Shown one piece after another: positions 10,182 to 19,826 of a DNA stretch of 64,000 nt; the stretch's first letter is position 1, and each line of letters begins with the position of its first letter. This DNA comes from Candidatus Wolframiiraptor gerlachensis (GTDB taxonomy: Archaea > Thermoproteota > Nitrososphaeria_A > Caldarchaeales > Wolframiiraptoraceae), in the NCBI GenBank assembly GCA_021323375.2, contig JAJPCT020000001.1, positions 1 through 64,000 on the forward strand, given 5' to 3'. The notes below the pieces were generated by a model. It ran no database searches. It saw only the letters and a program-made list of their open reading frames with translations, and had not been told where the DNA came from. A program made the translations under genes and the position numbers.

Positions 10182-10655
10182 TTGATCCCAAGCGTGATTA
10201 TCTGCTACTCGGCTCATATGGGGAATACGCTTAAGGTTGCTAGGGTTATTGGGGAGGTCTTGGGCGCCGAGATCTATAGGCCCGGGGAGCTGGACCCGCG
10301 CGAGGCCATCGAGAAATATTGTCTGATCGGGCTTGGATCTGGCATATATTACGGCAGGCATCACCCCTCAATAATCGCATTCGCGGAGAGGCTTCCCGAA
10401 GCTCGGGATAGATACGCGCTTGTATTCTCGACAAGCGGTCTCCCCAAGATACCGATCCTCCATGATTATCATAAGCCCTTGATTACGATACTCTCGGGAA
10501 AGGGCTTTAGGATTGTTGGGGAGTTTAGCTGTAGGGGTTATAATCTTCATGGCGCTCTCAGGCTTATCGGGGGGATGAATAGGGGTAGACCTGATGTGAG
10601 GGATCTCAAGAGGGCGAGGAGGTTTGCCGAGGACATCCTCAGAAAGCTGGCCTAG
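10182..10655 (+). CDS. Flavodoxin-like protein
   Basis: YSAHMGNT, GSGIYYG, FSTSG, GEFSCRG. Confidence 0.85.
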   Translation: MIPSVIICYSAHMGNTLKVARVIGEVLGAEIYRPGELDPREAIEKYCLIGLGSGIYYGRHHPSIIAFAERLPEARDRYALVFSTSGLPKIPILHDYHKPLITILSGKGFRIVGEFSCRGYNLHGALRLIGGMNRGRPDVRDLKRARRFAEDILRKLA

Positions 10656-10689
10656 GATCTTGATAGTTTAAGAGTTACCATTCCATTAT

Positions 10690-11970
10690 TTGAGCTGGAT
10701 GGCGCTCTGGATAGGGATTGATGACACGGATTCAAGGAAGGCTGGCTGCACGACCTATGTGGCGGCGGTAGCTATGAGAAGACTTGAGGCTCTCGGCGCG
10801 AGGCTGATCGGCTATCCGAGGCTCGTGAGGCTTAACCCCAACTGCCCCTACAAGACGCGGGGCAACGCGGCAGTTGCCTTCAAGGTTGAGGGGGTCGAGC
10901 TTGAGAAGGCCGAGGATGTTATGACGGGTGTTATCGAGGAGCTTTCTGAGCTTGATGAGGGAGCTGAGACCAGCATCGCGTTCCTAAGAGGAGAGCCTGA
11001 TGAAAGGCTTCGAGGCTTCTACTGGAGGGCTGTCCGCGAGCTTATACCCCTAGAGGATGGATTCAGGGTCGCTGAGGAAGTTGGCGCCAAGCTCATCTAC
11101 TATAACGGCGGCATGGGGATCATAGGCGCGCTCGCCGCAATAGGAGCCGACCTGAGCCTCGGGAAGACCTATGAGCTCATAGCTCACAGGCGGAGGGAGT
11201 ACTGGGGCACGGTGAGGAGGATTGATCCAGTATCCGTCTTTGATATGGATAGGGCCACGAGACCATACACCTTTGATAACATAGATCCTGAGAGCGGTGA
11301 GATCAGGATAGCTCCTCACACGCCATGCCCCGTCCTACTGGGCATAAGGGGTGTCAACCCCGAGATCCTTGAGAAGGCTTTTAAGATGATCCGGATATAC
11401 GAGCCCATCGAGTTCGTGACGATCTTCGAGACGAATCAGGCGACGGATGTCCACTACCAGAAGCTCCGAACAAGTGATCTCAGCGATGGGGTGAGCGCGA
11501 TAGTCGAGGGAATTGTCGCCGAGGCGCCGAGAATTGATGTAGGCGGCCACGTCTTCTTCAAGCTTAGAGACATGCATGGTGAGATCTGGTGCGCGGCCTA
11601 TGAGCCGACTAAAAGCTTCAGGAAGCTTATCTTGCAACTCATCCCCGGGGACGAGATCGTCGCATATGGTGCTGTAAAGCAGAAGCCTCAGGGGCTGACG
11701 CTGAACCTTGAGAAGATATACATCAGAGTGCTCGTGGAGAATATTATTGAGAGACCGCCCACGTGCCCGGACTGCAGGAAAAGAATGACCTCCATGGGAA
11801 AGAATAAGGGGTTTAAGTGCAGGAGATGTGGGACTAGGCTGCCCGAGGAATGTAAAGAAATAGTTAGGGTTCCCAGGGCTATTAAGCCCGGGTTCTATGA
11901 GGTGCCGCCATCCGCGCGAAGACACTTGACGAGGCCGCTAATGCTCGGCGAGCTACTCCGAGATAACTAA
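10690..11970 (+). CDS. tiaS: tRNA(Ile2) agmatinylcytidine synthase
   Basis: IGIDDTD, GCTT, KTRGN, TNQATD, OB fold, Zn ribbon. Confidence 0.95.
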   Translation: MSWMALWIGIDDTDSRKAGCTTYVAAVAMRRLEALGARLIGYPRLVRLNPNCPYKTRGNAAVAFKVEGVELEKAEDVMTGVIEELSELDEGAETSIAFLRGEPDERLRGFYWRAVRELIPLEDGFRVAEEVGAKLIYYNGGMGIIGALAAIGADLSLGKTYELIAHRRREYWGTVRRIDPVSVFDMDRATRPYTFDNIDPESGEIRIAPHTPCPVLLGIRGVNPEILEKAFKMIRIYEPIEFVTIFETNQATDVHYQKLRTSDLSDGVSAIVEGIVAEAPRIDVGGHVFFKLRDMHGEIWCAAYEPTKSFRKLILQLIPGDEIVAYGAVKQKPQGLTLNLEKIYIRVLVENIIERPPTCPDCRKRMTSMGKNKGFKCRRCGTRLPEECKEIVRVPRAIKPGFYEVPPSARRHLTRPLMLGELLRDN

Positions 11971-12219
11971 CATGGTTAATGTGCTCCTGACCTTATCCAG
12001 CCTCCGTGTGAGGGCGCCCGGAAGCTAGGCCCGGAGCGCTATCCTCCAGGAGATAACCTCCTTAAGTTCATCCATCGTATTTGCTTCAACCTTCGCTATG
12101 ATGTCATATACGCCGTAAACGGCGTAAGCCTCTTTGACATTGGGGATCTTCTTCAGCTCCTCCAGAATCTCCTCCTCACAGCCGATCTCGGTATTTACTA
12201 GAACGAACGCTGTGGGCAT
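11953..12219 (-). CDS. Lrp/AsnC ligand-binding (RAM) domain protein, intron-containing (exons 12219-12041 and 12007-11953)
   Basis: MPTAFVLVN..YAVYGVYDII; removing 12008-12040 restores ..WRIRRLDKVRSTLTMLVISE* (77 aa). Confidence 0.9.
12008..12040 (-). other. 33-nt bulge-helix-bulge intron in mRNA
   Basis: Central helix GAGG/CCUC, bulges AUA and ACA, GC-rich intron stem, in-frame UAG inside. Confidence 0.88.
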
Positions 12220-12299
12220 GACTTTAAATCTGCTTCCCCGGGTAATAAATCTTCTCAATACTCGGAAATCGTGATTTAGGATTGCTGTGAGGCCCCTTT

Positions 12300-12542
12300 T
12301 CAGTCGCTGGACTCAGCGGCTTCCACGGCCTCTATCTCCTCAAGCTCCTTCTCAAGCTCTCTTCTCACAAGCCTCGTGATATATCCTGCAACCTTGTTCC
12401 TGATCTTTTTGGAGACCTGTCCTATGAGTACTTGAGATACTAGGAGCTTATTAAGCTCGAAATCGGCCGAAACCTTGTCCGGGAACTTCTCTATAACTTC
12501 CTTTGCCAAGACCTTAATCTTCCGAATCTTCACACGACCCAT
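12300..12542 (-). CDS. rps17e: 30S ribosomal protein S17e
   Basis: MGRVK...DFELNK...SKKIRNKVAGYITR. Confidence 0.95.
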   Translation of the reverse strand: MGRVKIRKIKVLAKEVIEKFPDKVSADFELNKLLVSQVLIGQVSKKIRNKVAGYITRLVRRELEKELEEIEAVEAAESSD

Positions 12543-12693
12543 GCTCTCAGGCTTAAATCACAGTCAAGAGGTTCCATGATAAATAGCTTCCCCGGAAGGC
12601 TTTTAGCCGGATAAGGAGCACGGGGTAAGAGCTTTTTACCCACAAGTCTTATATCCAAAACTTATTCCCAAGGATGGCACCGGGGGTGCGGCT

Positions 12694-12930
12694 ATGCTGA
12701 CCGCTAGGGGCCATCTTAGGAAGAAGGTTCACGTAAGCGGCAACGAGTATTTCTACATCCATATCCCATCAAAGCTCGCACACGATAGCCAGTTCCCATT
12801 CAGCGAGGGTGATGAACTAATAATCTCGGTTGATGTCAAATCCTCGAGGATAATCATAGAGAAGGCGAATGATGGTGAGGGCGGCCAGCAGAGCGCTAAG
12901 AGGAGGGTTCAGCAAAAGATTAATGCCTAG
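12694..12930 (+). CDS. AbrB/MazE/SpoVT-like DNA-binding protein
   Basis: YIHIPSKLAHDSQFPFSEGDELII swapped-hairpin pattern. Confidence 0.65.
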   Translation: MLTARGHLRKKVHVSGNEYFYIHIPSKLAHDSQFPFSEGDELIISVDVKSSRIIIEKANDGEGGQQSAKRRVQQKINA

Positions 12931-13349
12931 AAGATGCGTATCGGCCTGCTTTCAAAAGCCCTTGATACCATCTCGCATATATCCTTAACCACGCCCCCTA
13001 GCTTGAATAGATGGCTCGAACATCTGCAATCGGATGAGCCGAACCCCCTAACAGCTTTCTGGGAGATTCTTGCAAGGAGCCCCGCAATCCTGCATTCATA
13101 TTCCTTTGGAAGTTCATAGGCGTATGCGCTCTCAACAATTACCTCATCGCTAGAGGTGAAATAGTCGATATGCCATCGAAGCCTCTTCGCCTTAGACTTG
13201 TGTCTCGTCAGCCGCTTCTCAAGATTATTCTGAGCTGAGCCGACATATGCGTATAATCCTTTCTCAAGCTCTATCTCGCCGAGGCCGCCGACCCTTAACT
13301 TCATATCATCCAAGACTCTTAGGAAGAGAATGTAGACCCCTCTCAACAA
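12927..13349 (-). CDS. GIY-YIG (DUF123/Uri) nuclease family protein
   Basis: GVY...YVGSA, WHIDY, GFGSSDCRCSSHL. Confidence 0.88.
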   Translation of the reverse strand: MLRGVYILFLRVLDDMKLRVGGLGEIELEKGLYAYVGSAQNNLEKRLTRHKSKAKRLRWHIDYFTSSDEVIVESAYAYELPKEYECRIAGLLARISQKAVRGFGSSDCRCSSHLFKLGGVVKDICEMVSRAFESRPIRIF

Positions 13350-13412
13350 GTATTCATCTTGATCACAGCTGGCTAAATCCTTATTATATCTGATTGCTGT
13401 AATGTTTGTTGG

Positions 13413-14480
13413 ATGGACCTACAGGTCTCGGGTAAGCCCGCTAGGCTTTATGAAAGGCTTGATGGGAGCATTGTCGTTTGTAGAGCCTGCCCGAGGTATT
13501 GTAGACTTGGCCCGGGCCAGAGGGGGTTTTGCGGCGTCCGAGGTAATATCGACGGCGTCCTCTATCTCCTAGTCTATGGCAAGATTATTGCGGCGAATGT
13601 TGACCCGATTGAGAAGAAGCCTGTCATGCATTATATGCCTGGGACGAGGGTTTTCTCGATAGCGACTAATGGTTGTAACTGGGCTTGCAGATACTGCCAG
13701 AACTATGATATTAGCCAGAGGAGGAGGGTTGAGGGCGCTGATGTCAGCCCCGAGATGGTAGTTAAGATGGCTAAGAGGTATGGGAGCGAGGGGATAGCTT
13801 ACACATATAATGAGCCGACAATCTTCATGGAGTTCGCACATGATGTAGGCGTGATCGCGAGGAGGGAGGGGCTATTCAATGTCTTCGTGACCAATGGCTA
13901 CTGGACGCCCGACGCTGTTAGGGAGGCCTTGGACTTCCTAGACGCCGCGACCGTAGACTTTAAGGGAAACGCCGACCCAAACTTCCTGAGAAAATTCAGC
14001 GCAGTCCCCAGCCCCGACCCGATCTTCGAGACACTGCTCGAGCTGAGGGATAAGACTAGGATCCACATAGAGATAACGGATCTTGTTGTCCCGAGAATAG
14101 GAGATGACTTGGAGCAGGCTAGGAGGCTCGTCCGCTGGATATATGACAACCTCGGCCCCGATGTGCCGATCCACTTCCTAAGATTCCACCCGGATTACTT
14201 AATGCTCGACTTGCCTGCAACGCCCATCGAGACCCTCGAGAAGCATTATCGAGTCGCTAGGGAGGAGGGCATGAGATACGTCTATCTGGGAAATGTCCCG
14301 GGCCACCCGTATGAGAATACTATCTGCCCTGAGTGCGGCCATGTCGTTGTCGAGCGCTATGGCTTCGACATCCTCTCATGGAGCCTCGATGAGAAGAATC
14401 GATGCATATACTGTGGCTATCCGATAGCGATCTATGGTAGGCCGTCGCCAAGGGCGCTAGAACGTAGAACCCTATTCTAG
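13413..14480 (+). CDS. amrS: AmmeMemoRadiSam-system radical SAM enzyme
   Basis: DPIEKKP, CNWACRYCQN, YTYNEP, HFLRFHP. Confidence 0.9.
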   Translation: MDLQVSGKPARLYERLDGSIVVCRACPRYCRLGPGQRGFCGVRGNIDGVLYLLVYGKIIAANVDPIEKKPVMHYMPGTRVFSIATNGCNWACRYCQNYDISQRRRVEGADVSPEMVVKMAKRYGSEGIAYTYNEPTIFMEFAHDVGVIARREGLFNVFVTNGYWTPDAVREALDFLDAATVDFKGNADPNFLRKFSAVPSPDPIFETLLELRDKTRIHIEITDLVVPRIGDDLEQARRLVRWIYDNLGPDVPIHFLRFHPDYLMLDLPATPIETLEKHYRVAREEGMRYVYLGNVPGHPYENTICPECGHVVVERYGFDILSWSLDEKNRCIYCGYPIAIYGRPSPRALERRTLF

Positions 14481-14523
14481 GGCAATCCTTAATTCTAGAG
14501 AGTTATGCCTTTTCCCGGCCAAG

Positions 14524-15504
14524 ATGAGGCTCCACGCAGGGATATGTGGGAGTTTCCCGAGACCGCCGGAGCTTCGCAGGGCATTCGACGACCTCTCCGA
14601 AGGCAGGATAAGTGAAGGCGAATTCGGGCGAATCTTGGCGAATTCGATCCGCGATGTCGTGAAGCTTCAGGAGAGGGCTGGGATGAGCATAGTGACCAGC
14701 GGCCTTCTCTCATGGCACGACCTCTTCAGACCATTCACGATGAGGCTTGAGGGGCTGGAGGCTGGAAGGCTCATCAGGTTCTTCGACAACAATTTCTATT
14801 ACAGGTGTCCGACGATAACTGGCAAGATTCGGTGGAGGGGTCCTATAACGCTTGAGGAGATTCAGGAGGTTAGAGGGGCCGCGCGTGGGCTAGTTAAGGC
14901 CATTATCCCAGGACCTTTCACATTTCTAAAGCTCTCCGAGAACCGGTTCTATGCCTCGGAGGATGAGCTTCTCGATGACTTGATCGAGGCCCTGAGAGCG
15001 GAAGTTGGGGCACTGAAAAGCTCAGCTGACCTAATCCAAGTTGATGAGCCATCTCTCGTGGACCCGGAGCTCGGGAGATCCGAGAGGCTAAGGGGCGTTG
15101 ATATTGTAAACGAGTTCCTCTCAAAGCTCGACGTTCCCGGTGATGAAGTTATCGTCGCGACATACTTCAACCTAGACCCGGAGAGATATGCCATGATCCT
15201 TGATCTTCAAGCGGGCCTTCATGTCGACCTCAAGTCCACGCCCGCTGAGGCTGATCAAGCTCTCAAGGAGCATGGGTTCGATGGGCCCATCCTCAGCCTA
15301 GGCATCATAGATTCTAGGAGCATCTATCCCATAGATCCGCGTGAAGTGGTCTATCATGTGAAGACATACTTGGACTATATCTCGCCGGATATCCTAGTCT
15401 TCTCGACGAGCTCCTGGCTTGATTACATCCCTTACAACGAGGCTGTCAGGAGGCTTGATGCGCTCGGCAGGGTTCTCGCCGAGGCGGAGGTAAGATTCAT
15501 ATGA
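14524..15504 (+). CDS. MetE-like barrel lacking Zn ligands (partner subunit of split methionine synthase)
   Basis: GSFPR, RFFDNNFYYR, QVDEP; no HxC or CG ligands. Confidence 0.8.
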   Translation: MRLHAGICGSFPRPPELRRAFDDLSEGRISEGEFGRILANSIRDVVKLQERAGMSIVTSGLLSWHDLFRPFTMRLEGLEAGRLIRFFDNNFYYRCPTITGKIRWRGPITLEEIQEVRGAARGLVKAIIPGPFTFLKLSENRFYASEDELLDDLIEALRAEVGALKSSADLIQVDEPSLVDPELGRSERLRGVDIVNEFLSKLDVPGDEVIVATYFNLDPERYAMILDLQAGLHVDLKSTPAEADQALKEHGFDGPILSLGIIDSRSIYPIDPREVVYHVKTYLDYISPDILVFSTSSWLDYIPYNEAVRRLDALGRVLAEAEVRFI

Positions 15505-16490
15505 GCTATAAGCTCCCCGACAAGCTCAGGACAACAGTTGTCGGGAGCTATCCGTATTTCCCCGAGGCACTTAAGGCATTCCAGCTTAGGAGGCGCGGCG
15601 ACCGCGGTCTGGAATACGAGTCCTTGGTCAGGGAGGCTACTAGGAAGGCAATAATGGATTATCTCGAAGCCGGGATAGACATACTAGCTGATGGAGAGCA
15701 GAGGAGGGAGGATATGGCGGTCTTCTTCGCCGAGGAGCTTGAGGGCTTCGAGATAAGTGAGCCCGTCAGGATATTCGACAACGTCTACTTCAGGAAGCCC
15801 GTGATCGTTGGTAAGATTACTTGGAGGCGCGAGATACTTGTGGATGATTGGAGATATGCCTCGAGCCTCACCGCTGGGAGACCCATGAAGGTGACCATTA
15901 CCGGCCCATACACCATGTATTCTTGGAGCTTCGACAAGTTCTATGGAGACATGAGGAGGGCTATCCTCGATATGGCCGAGGCATTTAGGAGGGAGATAGA
16001 GGCCTTAGTAAAGGCTGGGGCGACATTTATCCAGATCGATGAGCCAGCTCTCTCGACGAGGGCTGAGAAGAGGGATGTCCTGATCGCGGGTGAGGCCTTT
16101 GAGATCATGCTCGGCGGGCTGAGCAATGTGAAGAGGATAACGCATATATGCTATGGGAGGATGGAGAGGCTCTTCCCCGAGATTCTAGACTTCCCAATAG
16201 ACCAATACGACTTCGAGACCAAGAATAGGAACTATGAGCTGCTGGATGTGTTAAAGGAGTATTCCTTCGATAAAGAGCTGGCTCTCGGCGTTATAGATGT
16301 GCATACATCGAGGATCGAGACTGTTGAGGAGATAATGGATGGGATCGCGAAAGGCTTGGAACTTCTACCGCCCGAGAAGCTTTACGTAAAGCCGGACTGC
16401 GGACTAAAGAGGCTTAAGCGGGAGACCGCCCTTGCGAAGCTGAGGAATATGGTTGAGGCCGCTAGGAGAGCTAGAGAGGAGCTAGCCTAG
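15501..16490 (+). CDS. metE: Methionine synthase catalytic core (MetE C-terminal type)
   Basis: VVGSYP, DGEQRR, QIDEPA, THICYG, PDCG. Confidence 0.9.
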   Translation: MSYKLPDKLRTTVVGSYPYFPEALKAFQLRRRGDRGLEYESLVREATRKAIMDYLEAGIDILADGEQRREDMAVFFAEELEGFEISEPVRIFDNVYFRKPVIVGKITWRREILVDDWRYASSLTAGRPMKVTITGPYTMYSWSFDKFYGDMRRAILDMAEAFRREIEALVKAGATFIQIDEPALSTRAEKRDVLIAGEAFEIMLGGLSNVKRITHICYGRMERLFPEILDFPIDQYDFETKNRNYELLDVLKEYSFDKELALGVIDVHTSRIETVEEIMDGIAKGLELLPPEKLYVKPDCGLKRLKRETALAKLRNMVEAARRAREELA

Positions 16491-17789
16491 GATGAGGGAG
16501 CCGATCTCCTCTGCAACCCTCCTCACATCAACGTCGAAAGTGTAGTGGATTTTCGTGAAGTTCTTCCTGAACTCTATAACCCGTTTTCTAACCTCTGGTG
16601 GATCTTCCCGCTTCTTCACGACCCTGAATATCAGCTCGGCGACCTCCACCATATCATCCTCCTTCATCCCAATCCTAGTAATCTCCTGAACCCCTATTCT
16701 TATCCCGGATGGATTCTCTATGTCGCTGGGCCCATCCCATGGCAGAATATTCTTGTTAACGATTATGTTCGCCTCCTCTAGGGCCTTGGCGCATTTCGCC
16801 CCGCCGCCATCACCTCGGACATCGAGGAGCACTTGATGGGTTTTCGTGAAGCCCCATCTCTCGCCTAATACCTTGAAGCCCCTCGCATGAAGCTCCTCGG
16901 CCAAGCGCCTCGAGTTCCTCAGTATCTGGCCCGCATATTCCCGCCCGAACATCCTCATCTCCAGCGATGCCACGCCGAGCGCCGCCAGCCTATGAAGGTG
17001 ATGATTCGAGACAAAAACTGGGAAGACTATCCTCGAGGCGTTCTCATATATCTCGTCACTGTTTGTTATTATCGCTCCACCCTGTGGCCCTGGGAAGGTC
17101 TTGTGGGTTGAGGTTGTGATCACGTCAGCACCATCCTCGAGCGGATTTGGATAGGCTCTCCCAGCTATGAGGCCGAGGACATGCGCCGCGTCGTAAACGA
17201 GCCTTGCCCCCACCTCTCGAGCCGCCTCGGATATTTCCCTGACCGGATGCGGGAAGATCACGACGCTCGCTCCCAAGACTATCATCTTCGGGGACCTCTC
17301 CCTGATCAGCTTGACAGAAGCATCCACATCCACCATCATATCCTCGGGCATTATCGGGAGCTCAACCGGCTTTATCCCAAGCCTCCCAAGTATACCATAT
17401 TTGGAGTGGCTGACGTGGGCGCCTCCGGGCAGGGGTAGGACAGCGGCCTCATCCCCCGACTTTGTTAAGCAAGCGAATATGGTGGCATTTGCGATCGTGC
17501 CCGAGACCGGTCTAATATCTGAGTATTTCGCGTTGAATAACTCCGCGAAGATCTTGGAGACCTTAACCTCGAGCTCATCCACGTATCTCGTCCCCTGGTA
17601 GAAGCGCTTGAATGGCAGGCCCTCAGCATACCTATGCATGGCGTCCGAGAGATAGACCACGTCCATGAGCGGCGATGTAACGTTCTCTGATGCTATGAGG
17701 TTTATGCACTCGTTCCTTCTCCACATATTATGCCTCTTAATCAGGTCTAGGATCTCCCCTAGCTCGGCCTCATGCATGCCCTCTATCAA
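16482..17789 (-). CDS. glyA: Serine hydroxymethyltransferase
   Basis: LIASEN, RYAEG, STHKTFPGPQGG. Confidence 0.96.
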   Translation of the reverse strand: MIEGMHEAELGEILDLIKRHNMWRRNECINLIASENVTSPLMDVVYLSDAMHRYAEGLPFKRFYQGTRYVDELEVKVSKIFAELFNAKYSDIRPVSGTIANATIFACLTKSGDEAAVLPLPGGAHVSHSKYGILGRLGIKPVELPIMPEDMMVDVDASVKLIRERSPKMIVLGASVVIFPHPVREISEAAREVGARLVYDAAHVLGLIAGRAYPNPLEDGADVITTSTHKTFPGPQGGAIITNSDEIYENASRIVFPVFVSNHHLHRLAALGVASLEMRMFGREYAGQILRNSRRLAEELHARGFKVLGERWGFTKTHQVLLDVRGDGGGAKCAKALEEANIIVNKNILPWDGPSDIENPSGIRIGVQEITRIGMKEDDMVEVAELIFRVVKKREDPPEVRKRVIEFRKNFTKIHYTFDVDVRRVAEEIGSLILG

Positions 17790-17849
17790 CCAGCTTGAGG
17801 CGCGGGAGATACCTTATTAAGTTTGTCAAGTTTGTGCTCTGAGATGTAG

Positions 17850-18611
17850 ATGAGCTCGGGTGTACGCGGGGTTGCTAGGAGGCTGAGCCTCAACATGGCT
17901 CTGCTCGCGAGCTTCAGCGCCCTCTACATGGTGGTCTTGAAGATGCTCCCGGGAATACCGGCGGTAGGCCTCCCCGGCGTTAAGATCGAGATCGCGATCG
18001 CCCTTTCCCCCATATACGGCCTCATCCTAGGCCATGTCCTCGGGCCCGCCTCTCTCCTCCTCGGGACAATCATGGCTATGACGCTTCTGCCGGGAAAATA
18101 CACCCTCTTCAGCTACGTGACTATCTTCGCCGCGCCGCTCGGCGCCCTCACCTCATCCCTCGTTCTTGATCGTAGAAGGCTGCTCGGCGTGCCAAAATGG
18201 ATCTACGCGGCCGGGATCTATGGCGCGATGTTAACCATCTGGTATGCAACAGATGTCGGCAGGCTCACAGCCATCTTCACGATATACTATATCACCTCCA
18301 TAGCCCTGATACTCGCGAGCGGGCTCCTTGACCAAGCGGGCAGCTGGATCAGTCGATCAATGCTTAGGATCTTCGCCGGATGCTTCTCCGGGATATTCGC
18401 CGACCACTTCTACGGTAGCCTAGCGGCGATAATAGTCTTCAGGTATGCGCTCGGCTCATTCGAGCCCGAGGCCATGGCGGCCTGGTATCTCGCCGCAATA
18501 CCTGTGGTGGGCATCGAAAGAGGACTCATGATCATCTTCTCATTCATCGTCGCATTCAACCTATATCTCCTCTTGAGAGGGTCTAGGTATCTTAGGGTGA
18601 GGGTTGAATAG
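17850..18611 (+). CDS. Membrane protein, probable ECF transporter S-component
   Basis: About 7 TM segments; PIYGLILG..LG and C-terminal ER pattern. Confidence 0.55.
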   Translation: MSSGVRGVARRLSLNMALLASFSALYMVVLKMLPGIPAVGLPGVKIEIAIALSPIYGLILGHVLGPASLLLGTIMAMTLLPGKYTLFSYVTIFAAPLGALTSSLVLDRRRLLGVPKWIYAAGIYGAMLTIWYATDVGRLTAIFTIYYITSIALILASGLLDQAGSWISRSMLRIFAGCFSGIFADHFYGSLAAIIVFRYALGSFEPEAMAAWYLAAIPVVGIERGLMIIFSFIVAFNLYLLLRGSRYLRVRVE

Positions 18612-18613
18612 GC

Positions 18614-19633
18614 TTGAGCGGGTGCCCGAAGCGGGTCTTGAACGGCCCATGCGGCGGGATGAGGCCGGATGGCACATGCGAGCTCGGCGATAGGCGATGC
18701 GTCTTCTCCGAGCGTTATCCATCAAAGATCATCCTGGATCACGGGTTCAAGTTTAGGCCGGAGATCAGGAGGAGGCAGAGCTTCACGAAACTGCTCACGG
18801 AGGTTGAGAGGAGACCTGTTTGGGTAGCGGAGATTCCGCCAAGTGCTAAAGTTCTTAGTAACATAGATCTTCTCAGGGGCCTCTCATTCACAGCCCTGAG
18901 CATACCTGATAACCCGCTCGCGCTCCCCCACGTTGAGAACAGCGTCTTCTCCCAGCTGCTGAGGGAGAGGCTTGGATGCGAGGTCATAGTCCATCTAACC
19001 TGCAGGGATTTGAGCAGGCTTGCGATAAAGTCTAGGATACTCGCGCTCGCCTTATGTGGCGTCGAGCATATCCTAGCCTTAACAGGAGATCATCCGAGGA
19101 TGGTGTCTGAGGAGTATGCGCCGGTCTTCGACCTAGACTCGATCAGGCTAATCTGTCTCGCGAGGATAATGTCGGATTACGGCGTCGATGAGCTGGGGGA
19201 TAAGCTACAGGTCATGCCGAGGATCCATGTTGGCGCGGGCCTAAACCCTTATATTCCACTGGAGATCGAGGTCTCGAGAGTCCTGCGGAAACATGAGGCT
19301 GGAGCGGAGTTTCTCGTAACGCAGATCATCTTCGACGCCGAGCCAATTGAGAAAATACTCAAGGCCCTTAAGAATGCCGGCATAATTATCCCGGTTTTCA
19401 CGGGATTCCTAGTAGAGGAGGAGCCCATCATCCGGCGGGTAATCAAGATCATGGGGCTCCCCGAGGCAGATATCCCACGAGATCCGGAAAAGCTCGTCGA
19501 CAAGTACATAGAAACCTTCAGGAGGCTTAGAAGTACCTACGGCCCTGTTGGCGTCTTCATATCAACCCTAGGAAAGATTAGGAACCTCGAGCTATGGGAT
19601 CAGGCATTTAAGTCATGCCTCACGAAAGAATGA
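18614..19633 (+). CDS. metF: Methylenetetrahydrofolate reductase-like protein with N-terminal MetV-like Cys module
   Basis: CPKRVLNGPCGG...C...C, then HLTCRD, LALTGD, AGAEFLVTQ. Confidence 0.82.
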   Translation: MSGCPKRVLNGPCGGMRPDGTCELGDRRCVFSERYPSKIILDHGFKFRPEIRRRQSFTKLLTEVERRPVWVAEIPPSAKVLSNIDLLRGLSFTALSIPDNPLALPHVENSVFSQLLRERLGCEVIVHLTCRDLSRLAIKSRILALALCGVEHILALTGDHPRMVSEEYAPVFDLDSIRLICLARIMSDYGVDELGDKLQVMPRIHVGAGLNPYIPLEIEVSRVLRKHEAGAEFLVTQIIFDAEPIEKILKALKNAGIIIPVFTGFLVEEEPIIRRVIKIMGLPEADIPRDPEKLVDKYIETFRRLRSTYGPVGVFISTLGKIRNLELWDQAFKSCLTKE

Positions 19634-19689
19634 AGATGATACGTGTTCCCGGAAATCTTAAATCATGGATCCCGCCCATCTCTTATCCG

Positions 19690-19739
19690 ATGATGACCGC
19701 CTGCATCACCTGAACTGTGATGATGGATCAACCAGCTGA
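19690..19739 (+). ncRNA. Box C/D guide sRNA
   Basis: C ATGATGA, 13-nt guide, D' CTGA, C' GTGATGA, 12-nt guide, D CTGA; intergenic. Confidence 0.9.
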
Positions 19740-19826
19740 GCCGCGGTATTCCGGGCGGCTCCCCTCAAAAACATAAGGTGGTGTTCGCGGCGAATTCTTT
19801 TAAGATCCATTTATCCACGAGAATAG

